Assembly (NCBI GenBank): GCA_964612105.1
Contig: CAZTEU010000005.1
Span: 45,039 to 109,038 of the forward strand
DNA from: an uncultured Gammaproteobacteria bacterium
Lineage (GTDB): Bacteria; Patescibacteriota; Patescibacteriia; Magasanikbacterales; UBA922
Length of the DNA stretch: 64,000 bases
Direction: 5' to 3'
This document shows positions 26,335 through 35,157 of this stretch, piece after piece (the first letter of the stretch is position 1; every line of letters starts with the position of its first letter). The notes below the pieces were generated by a model. That model worked only from the letters and a program-made list of their open reading frames with translations. It made no database searches and was not told the origin of the DNA. A program made the position numbers and the translations under genes.

Positions 26335-27729
26335 ATGGCAAAAGCAACAGAAATAACCCAAAGCAACTTACCTACTATTTGTTTAGTTGGTCGTGTTAAT
26401 GTTGGAAAATCTAGATTGTTTAACCGTCTTATTGAGAAGGAAAAAGCAATTGTAAGTGAAATTGGAGGAACAACTCGCACAAATAATGAAGGTATAGTTA
26501 TATGGAGAGGAAAGGAAATAAATATTGTAGACACAGGTGGACTAACATTCAAGGATGATGTTCCGTTTGAGGAGGACATAATTAAGCAAACAGAGTATGC
26601 AATTAAACATGCATCTCTGATTGTGTTTGTTACAGATGGTACAACAGGACTACTTTCTCAAGAAAGAGAGTTGGCAAAAAGACTGAGAAAGAAATCAATT
26701 CCTGTTATTGTTGTTGCAAACAAGATAGACAATGCAAAAAAAGCACAAGAATTAGTTAGTAAGGAGTGGATGGCACTTGGGTTTGGAGAACCTATTCCTG
26801 TTTCTGCTGCAAACGGAAGAAATGTTGGAGATTTCTTGGATATTGTCTGGAAAACCTTATCAAAACAAAAAGTGCGTCCGAAAAGTCCAAAAAAGACAAA
26901 AAAAGAGATGATAGAAGTTAGTATCATAGGCAAACCAAATGCTGGTAAATCCTCTCTTTTTAATAAACTTATAGGTCAGGAAAAAGTTATTGTGAGTGAT
27001 GTTGCCCACACAACACGTGAACCTCATGATACTCATGTTACATATTCATACAAAGTTGGTAAGAAAGATTTAAAACAAGAAATTAATTTCATAGACACCG
27101 CAGGTATAAGGCGCAAAGCAAAAGTAAAAGGTGGTTTAGAACATGCGGGTATAGGTAAAAGTATAGAATCCATAGAGGAGTCCGATATAATTCTTTTTGT
27201 AATAGATGGAAGTGAAACAATATCTAGTCAGGATAAGCAACTGGCTGGATTAATAGAAAAACGAGGTAAGAGTGTTATTATTTTAGTAAACAAATGGGAT
27301 CTTACAGAAGAAACTTCAGATAAATATCGTAATGATGTAACAAAAATGATTAGATCCCACTTCCCTCACCTAAGTTTTGCACCAATATTATATGTTAGCG
27401 GATTAACTGGATTAAAAGTACATGATATATTTCCGACAATAATGCATGCGTGGAGAACACGTCATATAGAAATACCAGAACATGCATTGGAAAAATTCTT
27501 AGAACAAACAACAAAACAACATAGGCCATCCAGAGGAAAAGGAACTAGACATCCAAAATTGCTTGGAATACATCAGATTGGAGTGTCCCCTCCTATATTT
27601 GAGATATTTGTTAAGTACAGGACATCCTTGCATCGTTCATATATAAACTTCTTAAAAAATAAACTAAGAGATCAGTTTGACTTTACAGGAACACCAGTTA
27701 TAATCAAATTAAAGAAACTTAAAAAATAG
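26335..27729 (+). CDS. der: Ribosome biogenesis GTPase Der
   Basis: Two G domains (GRVNVGKS/DTGG/NKID and GKPNAGKS/DTAG/NKWD) plus KH-like C-terminus. Confidence 0.96.
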   Translation: MAKATEITQSNLPTICLVGRVNVGKSRLFNRLIEKEKAIVSEIGGTTRTNNEGIVIWRGKEINIVDTGGLTFKDDVPFEEDIIKQTEYAIKHASLIVFVTDGTTGLLSQERELAKRLRKKSIPVIVVANKIDNAKKAQELVSKEWMALGFGEPIPVSAANGRNVGDFLDIVWKTLSKQKVRPKSPKKTKKEMIEVSIIGKPNAGKSSLFNKLIGQEKVIVSDVAHTTREPHDTHVTYSYKVGKKDLKQEINFIDTAGIRRKAKVKGGLEHAGIGKSIESIEESDIILFVIDGSETISSQDKQLAGLIEKRGKSVIILVNKWDLTEETSDKYRNDVTKMIRSHFPHLSFAPILYVSGLTGLKVHDIFPTIMHAWRTRHIEIPEHALEKFLEQTTKQHRPSRGKGTRHPKLLGIHQIGVSPPIFEIFVKYRTSLHRSYINFLKNKLRDQFDFTGTPVIIKLKKLKK

Positions 27730-27730
27730 C

Positions 27731-28276
27731 ATGAAATTAATAGTTGGGCTTGGTAATCCAGGGAAACAATACGAAAAGACACGTCATAATATTGGCTTTA
27801 TTGTTCTTGATGCACTTCATGAGAAATTAAAAGATAAAAACATATCAGAATGGTCATTAAGTAAAAAGTTTAACGCAAAAATTGCAGGCGGAACAATTGA
27901 TGGAGAAAAGATATTCCTCGCAAAGCCAATGACCTTTATGAATGATTCTGGACAAGCTGTGCAACTAATTGCAAAGTATTATAAGATACCTGTAAAGGAT
28001 ATTCTGATTGTACATGATGACAAAGATTTAGAACTTGGAAAAGTTAAGATGCAGGAAGACAGAGGGCATGCTGGACATAATGGTGTGCGCTCCATATTAG
28101 CTCTTCTTAAGACTAAGTCTTTCGCAAGAGTGAGGGTTGGTGTTGGAAATGAAAAAAAACAATCAAAGATGGGAACAACAAACTTTGTGTTGGGGCGTTT
28201 TGGAATCTTTGAAAAAAAATCTGTTCAGGCTGTAGTGGAAGAATCATTAAAATATATAACTGAATTCTTAAAATAA
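27731..28276 (+). CDS. pth: Peptidyl-tRNA hydrolase
   Basis: LIVGLGNPG, TRHNIG, FMNDSG, GHNG. Confidence 0.97.
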   Translation: MKLIVGLGNPGKQYEKTRHNIGFIVLDALHEKLKDKNISEWSLSKKFNAKIAGGTIDGEKIFLAKPMTFMNDSGQAVQLIAKYYKIPVKDILIVHDDKDLELGKVKMQEDRGHAGHNGVRSILALLKTKSFARVRVGVGNEKKQSKMGTTNFVLGRFGIFEKKSVQAVVEESLKYITEFLK

Positions 28277-28282
28277 TAGACT

Positions 28283-29161
28283 ATGACAATATCAAAGGAG
28301 GGGCTCGTTGCTTTTTATAGCAAAATAACTTATGGGCGATACTGTCAGATACAAAAAAACTTCTCCTCTTTTGAGGAGTTTTGGGGTGCTAGTCCTGACG
28401 AATTATTCTTGCGTCTTAGGTGGAAAGAAGATTTGATTTCTCACTTCTGCTCTTGGCGAAAAGATTTAGAGTACAATAAAATAGAAGAGTTAATGCAAGA
28501 ACAAGAAATGTATCTGGTTTTAATGGATGATAAGGACTATCCCCCACTACTAAAAGAGATACATAGCCCACCTATTGCACTTTTTGTTCGTGGAACATTG
28601 GAAAACATAAGAAAACCATTAGCTGTTGTTGGTACAAGGAAATGTTCTACGTACGGAAAACAGATTACAAGGACACTTGTGAGTGAACTAGCAAAAGAAG
28701 GAATCAGTATTATTAGCGGTCTAGCATATGGGATAGACGCAAGTGCTCATTATGCAACCCTACAAGCAAGTGGTAATACAATTGCTGTTCTGGGATCTGG
28801 ATGTGATGAAAACACAATAACCCCAGCCCCACATAGAAAACTAGCACAACAGATAGTAGAATCTGGAGGGGCTGTTATATCTGAGTACCCACCAGGTACT
28901 CATCCTACTAAATATTCTTTTCCAGAGAGAAACAGAATTATATCTGGAATTAGTATAGGGACACTTGTTATTGAGGCTCCTGAAAAATCTGGAGCATTAA
29001 TTACTTCTGATTTTGCACTTAACCAAAACCGAGAGGTCTTTGCTGTACCTCATAATATAACAAATATAAACGGGGCTGGTACAAATGAATTAATTAAAAA
29101 AGGTTCTCACGTTGTAACAAACTCAAGAGATATATTACATGTTTTTGAATCTAATCCATGA
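28283..29161 (+). CDS. dprA: DNA-processing protein DprA
   Basis: AVVGTR, SGLAYGID, FPERNRIISG, SGALIT. Confidence 0.95.
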   Translation: MTISKEGLVAFYSKITYGRYCQIQKNFSSFEEFWGASPDELFLRLRWKEDLISHFCSWRKDLEYNKIEELMQEQEMYLVLMDDKDYPPLLKEIHSPPIALFVRGTLENIRKPLAVVGTRKCSTYGKQITRTLVSELAKEGISIISGLAYGIDASAHYATLQASGNTIAVLGSGCDENTITPAPHRKLAQQIVESGGAVISEYPPGTHPTKYSFPERNRIISGISIGTLVIEAPEKSGALITSDFALNQNREVFAVPHNITNINGAGTNELIKKGSHVVTNSRDILHVFESNP

Positions 29162-29264
29162 ATTAAAATATAAAATAGGAATAACTATAGAGCTTTGACA
29201 CTTTGCTCTATTATGTGCTATTCTTATCTAGATTAAAATATATATAAATAAATATATAAAATAT

Positions 29265-29948
29265 ATGAAACATATAAAGAAAGAAAAGGTGGTGTTTTTT
29301 GTTCTATTCGTAGTGGTAGGACTTCTTAGCATGAAGGTTCCATTTAGCCAAATGGTAGGTGCAGAAAACATGAGATTTAATCTGTTCGACTTCTTTGGGC
29401 CTATTGCAGGTGCATTTGTAGGTCTTTGGGGACTACTTACAGTACTAGTAATGCAACTAATAAATTGGGGAGCAAATGGTTTTGCCACAGAAGCAACCTC
29501 AATTATACGTATGATTCCAGTACTATTTGCTGTACTATACTTTTCAAAGAATTTCCGTAAACTAACACTTATAGTGCCAGTTATTGCAATGTTGGTGTTC
29601 TGGGCTCACCCAGAAGGGCGTGCAGCTTGGTACTATGCACTTTACTGGTTAATTCCATTGGTTTCTTACCTATTCGCAGATAAGTATGTATTTGCACGTG
29701 CTCTTGGAGCAACATTTACACAACATAGTGTTGGTGGAGCAATGTGGATTTGGGCAACAGGAATGAAAAGTACATTATGGATTTCTTTAATCCCTATTGT
29801 GTGGAGAGAAAGATTGCTTATGGCAATTGGAATTATGGTCACATTTATTGCAGTAAACTACTTACTAAGCATAGTAAGAGAAAAAACAAGCTGGAAACTT
29901 TCATTCGCATCTATAAACAAGAAATACGCGATTGGACACAAATCATAA
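29265..29948 (+). CDS. Multi-pass membrane protein (possibly ECF S-component-like)
   Basis: 227 aa with about 6 TM; own TTGACA promoter near 29195. Confidence 0.7.
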   Translation: MKHIKKEKVVFFVLFVVVGLLSMKVPFSQMVGAENMRFNLFDFFGPIAGAFVGLWGLLTVLVMQLINWGANGFATEATSIIRMIPVLFAVLYFSKNFRKLTLIVPVIAMLVFWAHPEGRAAWYYALYWLIPLVSYLFADKYVFARALGATFTQHSVGGAMWIWATGMKSTLWISLIPIVWRERLLMAIGIMVTFIAVNYLLSIVREKTSWKLSFASINKKYAIGHKS

Positions 29949-29990
29949 TAAACATATCCTAAACCCCCACATTGGGGGTTTTTGCTTTCT

Positions 29991-31259
29991 ATGACCTTTT
30001 CTCAAGCAGAACAATTTCTATATTCACTCATGAACATGCCGAGGCGTGAATATATGAAAGATGCAAGCATGTGTGATGTCTATCTAAAACGACTGCAGTT
30101 CTTTTTGGATATACTAAACAATCCTGAAAGGAAAATACCTCACTATATTCATGTTGGAGGAACAAGTGGAAAGGGATCTATTGTAAACATGTTACATGGT
30201 GTTCTACTGGCAGATGGTAAAAAAGTAGGCTCTCATATTTCTCCACACGCAACACAGATTACAGAACGATGGAGAATTGGGAACAGAGAAATGAGTAAGA
30301 AAGAGTTTGTTAATCTTGTTAAGAAAATAAAACCAGCATTAGACGAATATATACGGACATCTCCTTATGATATGCTCTCTTTTTTCGAACTTAATGTTGC
30401 AATGACCTATCTGTATTTTGCAGAAAACAAAGTTAAGTGGGCTGTTATAGAGGTTGGCTGTGGTGGAAGATATGAAGGAACAAATATAATGCCGTATAAA
30501 GATGTTGCCATAATAACTAACATAGGAAAAGATCATACTCATATTCTAGGGAATACAAAAAAACAAATAGCGTATGAGAAGGCTGGTATTATAAAGAAAG
30601 GCTGTCATGTGTTCACAATGGAAAAAAATAGTAAAATCCTTGATATCCTCAAAAAAGAAGCTGAGACAGTAAAAGCAAAATCATTTACTCAAATTAAATA
30701 CAAGGATAAGCAAGGTCTCAAACTAAAATCAATTGGAGAACATCAGAAGAAAAATGCATTCCTTGTACTCAGTGTCGCCAAGAAAATAGGTATAAGTGAA
30801 AAAAACGCACTAAAAGGGCTTTCTTCTGTAAAACAGCCTCTACGCTTGGAAGTGGTATCAGATAAGCCAATGACAATACTAGATAGTGCGCATAATACTG
30901 ACAAGATGAAAACAACAGTTACTGCTTTGGAAAAAATAGGAGAGAAAAAAGAAGTAAATTTAGTTTTAGGGTTCAGCCAAAACAAAGAGTGGAAGAAGAT
31001 GATTGATTTACTTTTGGAGTTGAAACCAAAAAAAATATTTTGCACAAGGCAAACACAAAATATATATCGTACTGTAGTCACCCCACAAGATATTTCTAAT
31101 TATATTAAAAGCAAGAAAAGTGACATAAAAACAGAAATATATATTGATCCAGTGGATGCATTTGATCAAGCAAAGAAAAAGACAAAGAAATCTGATATAA
31201 TACTTCTCACTGGTTCACTGTTCTTAAGTGGCGAAATAAAACCACACTTGACAAGCTAG
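29991..31259 (+). CDS. folC: Folylpolyglutamate synthase/dihydrofolate synthase
   Basis: HVGGTSGKGS, SPH..ER, EVGCGGR, DSAHN, TGSLF. Confidence 0.9.
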   Translation: MTFSQAEQFLYSLMNMPRREYMKDASMCDVYLKRLQFFLDILNNPERKIPHYIHVGGTSGKGSIVNMLHGVLLADGKKVGSHISPHATQITERWRIGNREMSKKEFVNLVKKIKPALDEYIRTSPYDMLSFFELNVAMTYLYFAENKVKWAVIEVGCGGRYEGTNIMPYKDVAIITNIGKDHTHILGNTKKQIAYEKAGIIKKGCHVFTMEKNSKILDILKKEAETVKAKSFTQIKYKDKQGLKLKSIGEHQKKNAFLVLSVAKKIGISEKNALKGLSSVKQPLRLEVVSDKPMTILDSAHNTDKMKTTVTALEKIGEKKEVNLVLGFSQNKEWKKMIDLLLELKPKKIFCTRQTQNIYRTVVTPQDISNYIKSKKSDIKTEIYIDPVDAFDQAKKKTKKSDIILLTGSLFLSGEIKPHLTS

Positions 31260-31285
31260 CTATATTGCAATAGAATCGCATTTAT

Positions 31286-33568
31286 ATGAAAAAACTGGTA
31301 ATCGTAGAGAGTCCAACAAAAGCTAAGACAATAACAAAATTTCTAGGAAAGGACTATGTCGTTGAGTCCTCTTTTGGTCATGTACGTGACTTACCAAAAA
31401 GTAAGATGGGTGTTGATATTGATGCAGGAACTTTTGAACCCACATATGTTGTTCCAAAAGATAAAGCTAAAAGAGTAAAAGATTTAAAATCTCTAGCAAA
31501 AAAATCAGATGAAATTATCTTTGCTACTGATTCAGATAGAGAAGGAGAGGCAATTTCCTGGCACCTAACTAAACTACTTGATATCGATCCAGAAAAAGCT
31601 AAGCGCATTGTCTTTCATGAAATAACAAAACATGCGATTGACGAAGCATTAGAAGAACCTCGCCACCTAAACCAAAACCTTGTAGATGCACAACAGGCAA
31701 GGCGTGTTCTCGATCGTCTTGTTGGATACGAACTATCTCCCCTACTATGGAAAAAGATAACTAGAGGATTGTCTGCAGGACGTGTACAATCTGTTGCTGT
31801 ACGTCTAATTGTAGAACGGGAGAGAGAAATACAAGATTTTAAATCCGATGAATATTGGAAGATAGAAGGTCTGTTTACTCCAGAAAAAGAGAAGGAAAAA
31901 GAATTTCCTGCTTTTCTTCACTCAATAGATTCAAAAAAACTAGACAAATTAGCAATTGGAGGAAAAAGTGAAGTAGATAAAATAGTAAAAGATCTTAAAG
32001 ACGTAAAATACTCCATAAAAAAGATAACAAAAAAGGAAACCAAACGCACACCCCCTCCTCCATTTACGACATCTACGCTTCAGCAAAATGCTCATAATAA
32101 GTTAGGTTATTCTTCCAAGCAAATAATGAGACTGGCTCAACAATTATATGAAGGAATAGAACTTCATGGTGAGGAGCATGTTGGTTTAATTACATACATG
32201 CGTACAGATTCCACAAATCTATCAAAAAAATTCTTGGATGAAACAGGAGCGTTTGTAAAAGAAAAATACGGAAAAGAATATAGTTTAGATAAACCAAAAG
32301 TATTTAAAACCAAAAGCAAAGGAGCGCAAGAAGCCCACGAAGCAATCCGTCCAACAGATCCTACACGCACTCCAGAGTCGATAGAAAGCAAGCTTACCCC
32401 TCAACAGCACAAACTGTATTCTCTTATCTGGAAGCGTGCGGTAGCAACGCAGATGGCTCCAGCAAAGCTGGACAAAACATCAATAGACATAGAAGCTAAG
32501 AAGTACATGTTCCGTGCTACAGGACAAACAATGATATTCCCTGGTTGGCTTACATTATATCCTCAAGCTGTTAAAGAAAGCATGCTACCAGAAATGAAAG
32601 AGGGAGAAAATGTAAACCTAAAGGAACTAACACCATCACAGCACTTCACAGAACCTCCTGCTAGATATTCAGATGCTACACTTGTTAAATCTCTGGAAGA
32701 GTTTGGAATTGGGCGACCATCTACGTATGCACCAACAATTGCAACCATAGAAGCACGTGGATATGTAGAAAGAAATGATGATAAAAGATTACAGCCTCAG
32801 AGCGTAGCTTTCCTGGTTAACGATCTTCTTGTAGAACACTTTAAAGATATTGTGGATTACAAGTTTACAGCCAAAGTAGAAGATGATTTCGATGAAATAG
32901 CCCATGGTAAAATGGACTGGCATAAGATGATTAGTGATTTCTATAAACCATTTCACAAGAACCTGGAAGAAAAGACAGAGTCAATAGACAGAGAAGATGT
33001 AATGCATATTCGTGAAGTAGGAATAGACCCTGAAACAAAAAAACCAATCTTTTCTAGAATTGGAAGGTATGGTCCTTTTGTACAACTAGGTTCAAAAGAT
33101 GATGAAGAAAAACCCAAGTTTGCAGCATTAGAGAAAGGGCAGACAACAGAAAGTGTTACATTGGAAGAAGCGTTAAAATTATTGAGTCTTCCAAAGATTG
33201 TAGGTCAAGACGAGGAAGGAAATGACATGCTTGTAGATCGTGGTAGGTTTGGTCCATATGTAAAGGTATTAAAGAAATACTATTCAATAAAAGAAATAGA
33301 TCCATATACAATAACAAAGGAGCAGGCACTAAAAGTAATAAAAGATAAAAAAGAGGCAGACGCTAAAAAAGAAATTAAAACTTTCGAGGGAGAAGATATA
33401 CAAATACTAGATGGCAGATACGGTCCATATGTAAAGGACTCAAAGAACAAGAAAAATGCTAGAATACCAAAAGAGACAGATCCAAAAACACTTACTTTAG
33501 AACAGTGTAAAGAATTACTAGAAAAAGCACCTGCTAAAAAGCGCAGACCTAGAAAGAAAAAAGAATAA
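31286..33568 (+). CDS. topA: DNA topoisomerase I
   Basis: LVIVESPTKAKTI, DREGEAI, SAGRVQS, ITYMRTDS, C-terminal GRYGP repeats. Confidence 0.97.
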   Translation: MKKLVIVESPTKAKTITKFLGKDYVVESSFGHVRDLPKSKMGVDIDAGTFEPTYVVPKDKAKRVKDLKSLAKKSDEIIFATDSDREGEAISWHLTKLLDIDPEKAKRIVFHEITKHAIDEALEEPRHLNQNLVDAQQARRVLDRLVGYELSPLLWKKITRGLSAGRVQSVAVRLIVEREREIQDFKSDEYWKIEGLFTPEKEKEKEFPAFLHSIDSKKLDKLAIGGKSEVDKIVKDLKDVKYSIKKITKKETKRTPPPPFTTSTLQQNAHNKLGYSSKQIMRLAQQLYEGIELHGEEHVGLITYMRTDSTNLSKKFLDETGAFVKEKYGKEYSLDKPKVFKTKSKGAQEAHEAIRPTDPTRTPESIESKLTPQQHKLYSLIWKRAVATQMAPAKLDKTSIDIEAKKYMFRATGQTMIFPGWLTLYPQAVKESMLPEMKEGENVNLKELTPSQHFTEPPARYSDATLVKSLEEFGIGRPSTYAPTIATIEARGYVERNDDKRLQPQSVAFLVNDLLVEHFKDIVDYKFTAKVEDDFDEIAHGKMDWHKMISDFYKPFHKNLEEKTESIDREDVMHIREVGIDPETKKPIFSRIGRYGPFVQLGSKDDEEKPKFAALEKGQTTESVTLEEALKLLSLPKIVGQDEEGNDMLVDRGRFGPYVKVLKKYYSIKEIDPYTITKEQALKVIKDKKEADAKKEIKTFEGEDIQILDGRYGPYVKDSKNKKNARIPKETDPKTLTLEQCKELLEKAPAKKRRPRKKKE

Positions 33569-33575
33569 AATCATG

Positions 33576-33612
33576 TACACAAAAGCCCCCATAAACTGGG
33601 GGCGTTTGTGTA
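33576..33612. terminator. Terminator after topA (probably bidirectional)
   Basis: TACACAAAAGCCCCCA-TAAAC-TGGGGGCGTTTGTGTA. Confidence 0.8.
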
Positions 33613-33669
33613 GCGGAGAGGAGGTAACCTCAATGCCTGTGGTAATATAAAGGCCCTCAACCCGCTACA
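33609..33669 (-). ncRNA. Candidate small structured RNA
   Basis: Closing stem TGTAGCGG/CCGCTACA with two internal hairpins; possible TTGTAT-17-TATCCT promoter upstream. Confidence 0.4.
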
Positions 33670-33711
33670 AAATACAGGATATCAGAAAAAAGGAGAAAAT
33701 ACAAGAAAAAG

Positions 33712-33778
33712 AAAAGTCCCGAATAATTTCGGGATTTTTCTCGGCCTTGGGATTACCCTACCTCTATATTACCTACGG
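33712..33778 (-). ncRNA. Candidate small RNA from a consensus promoter
   Basis: TTGACA(33810-33805)-17-TATAAT(33787-33782), about 45 nt with no ORF, then a terminator hairpin (about 33715-33738) and U-tract. Confidence 0.5.
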
Positions 33779-33986
33779 ACAATTATAGCAATAAAATATA
33801 GATTTGTCAAGTAGGAGTGTAAATAAATCGGAAAAATAAAAAATCATCCTTTTTTAGGATGAATCGTTTCACCCTGCCCAGCGTTTCTTGCTGAGCAGGG
33901 TGTGCCTCCTTTTTTGGTAAGGTCATGAGAGACCGAGTGTCCGAGGAACCAAGTTCCACTACCCGAGAGCCAAGGAACCTAGCATC

Positions 33987-35000
33987 CTAGGGCTGACGCT
34001 TGCTACGGACGAGAAAACGAGAGCGGTCACCCCAGCCGCCGTCAAACCAGCGGAGATAAGTTAAGAGGTGCTGACCGTTGCCGTCGCTCCAGACACACGG
34101 GCAGCCCCGGTCACCGTTCAGGTCCTGCCAGACGCTTCCGAGCGCGACCAGTGGCCATTCCAGACCGACTTCTTGATGTTCGGCGCAGTATACGAGCAAA
34201 TCGCGCAACGAGGCGACCTCGTAGCCTTGTTTCTTGATCTCATCCAGCACTGCTGTGGTGTGCAAACGCTTGTTGAAATGCAAAACCTCGAGACTGTACT
34301 CGTAGTCAGGCTGGTCATCCGGAAGGGGGAAATTCTCGGTAGTGATGTTATATTCGACGTAACCGAACCCACATGCCCCAATGAGCTGTTGTAATTCATC
34401 CGGAGAGGTCTCTTCATCAGAAACGGTCTTCTTACGACGGACCAGGAAACGGTAGTAGTTGATCCACCTGCTCTCAAGCCAGTCGAAATCCAGACGCCGA
34501 CCGTTTCTATCACGCCAGACAAACGGACAACACTGGCCACCGTGCACATTCTGCCAAGTACTCCCGAGTGCGGACAATGGCCAGTCCAGGCCGACTTTGG
34601 AATGTTCGGCGCAGTATACGAGCAAATCGCGCAACGAGGCGACCTCGTAGCCCTGCTTCTTGATCTCATCCAGCACTTCCGTGGTGGTCAGACCCTTGTT
34701 GAGGTGCAGAACCTCGAGACTGTACTCGTAGTCAGGCTGGTCATCCTCGAGCGGGAATTTCTCGCCCATGATGTTATCATCCACTGAGTGGAACTTGCAT
34801 GCTCCAATGAGCTGTTGCAGTTCGTCCGAGATAGGCACTTCGACCAGCTTGTCGAACCGCCCTTCCACAATCGCTTGGAGCGCTTTTTTGACCAGAGCTG
34901 GGTCGTACGGGCACCCCCTCTTCTGCCGAAGCAACCTCTTGATCTCGTGGAGCTGACCATCAATCTCGAAATACAGATCGCCTGCAACGCTAAACGCCAT
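33987..35000 (-). CDS. GC-rich protein with two tandem ~140-aa domains resembling CPR DGR-target (C-lectin-like) proteins
   Basis: Internal duplication with 426-bp offset; both domains end ALGS.W...P.VW...W....W....RFLVR; SD GAGGAG; promoter TTGACA-16-TATGCT at 35104-35077. Confidence 0.85.
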   Translation of the reverse strand: MAFSVAGDLYFEIDGQLHEIKRLLRQKRGCPYDPALVKKALQAIVEGRFDKLVEVPISDELQQLIGACKFHSVDDNIMGEKFPLEDDQPDYEYSLEVLHLNKGLTTTEVLDEIKKQGYEVASLRDLLVYCAEHSKVGLDWPLSALGSTWQNVHGGQCCPFVWRDRNGRRLDFDWLESRWINYYRFLVRRKKTVSDEETSPDELQQLIGACGFGYVEYNITTENFPLPDDQPDYEYSLEVLHFNKRLHTTAVLDEIKKQGYEVASLRDLLVYCAEHQEVGLEWPLVALGSVWQDLNGDRGCPCVWSDGNGQHLLTYLRWFDGGWGDRSRFLVRSKRQP

Positions 35001-35157
35001 GACAATCTCCTCTTTTCTAAGCTACAAATGCCAACGCACTCGCGCCAACACTCTTGCCTGTTTTGGAACTGGATAAAGCATACCAAAATATCACTATATG
35101 TCAAGTATGGTGCTAGAACTTGCCAAAATAGTAAAAAATGGTTAAAGTAAATGGGCT

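Noticed and set aside
33580-33778. 6S RNA, tmRNA or SRP RNA
   Set aside because: No tRNA-like ends, no SRP GGAA-loop helix motif, and no end-to-end rod with a central bubble; an internal terminator-like hairpin splits the region
33560-35150. Complete diversity-generating retroelement
   Set aside because: No reverse transcriptase, Avd or AAC-rich template repeat in this window
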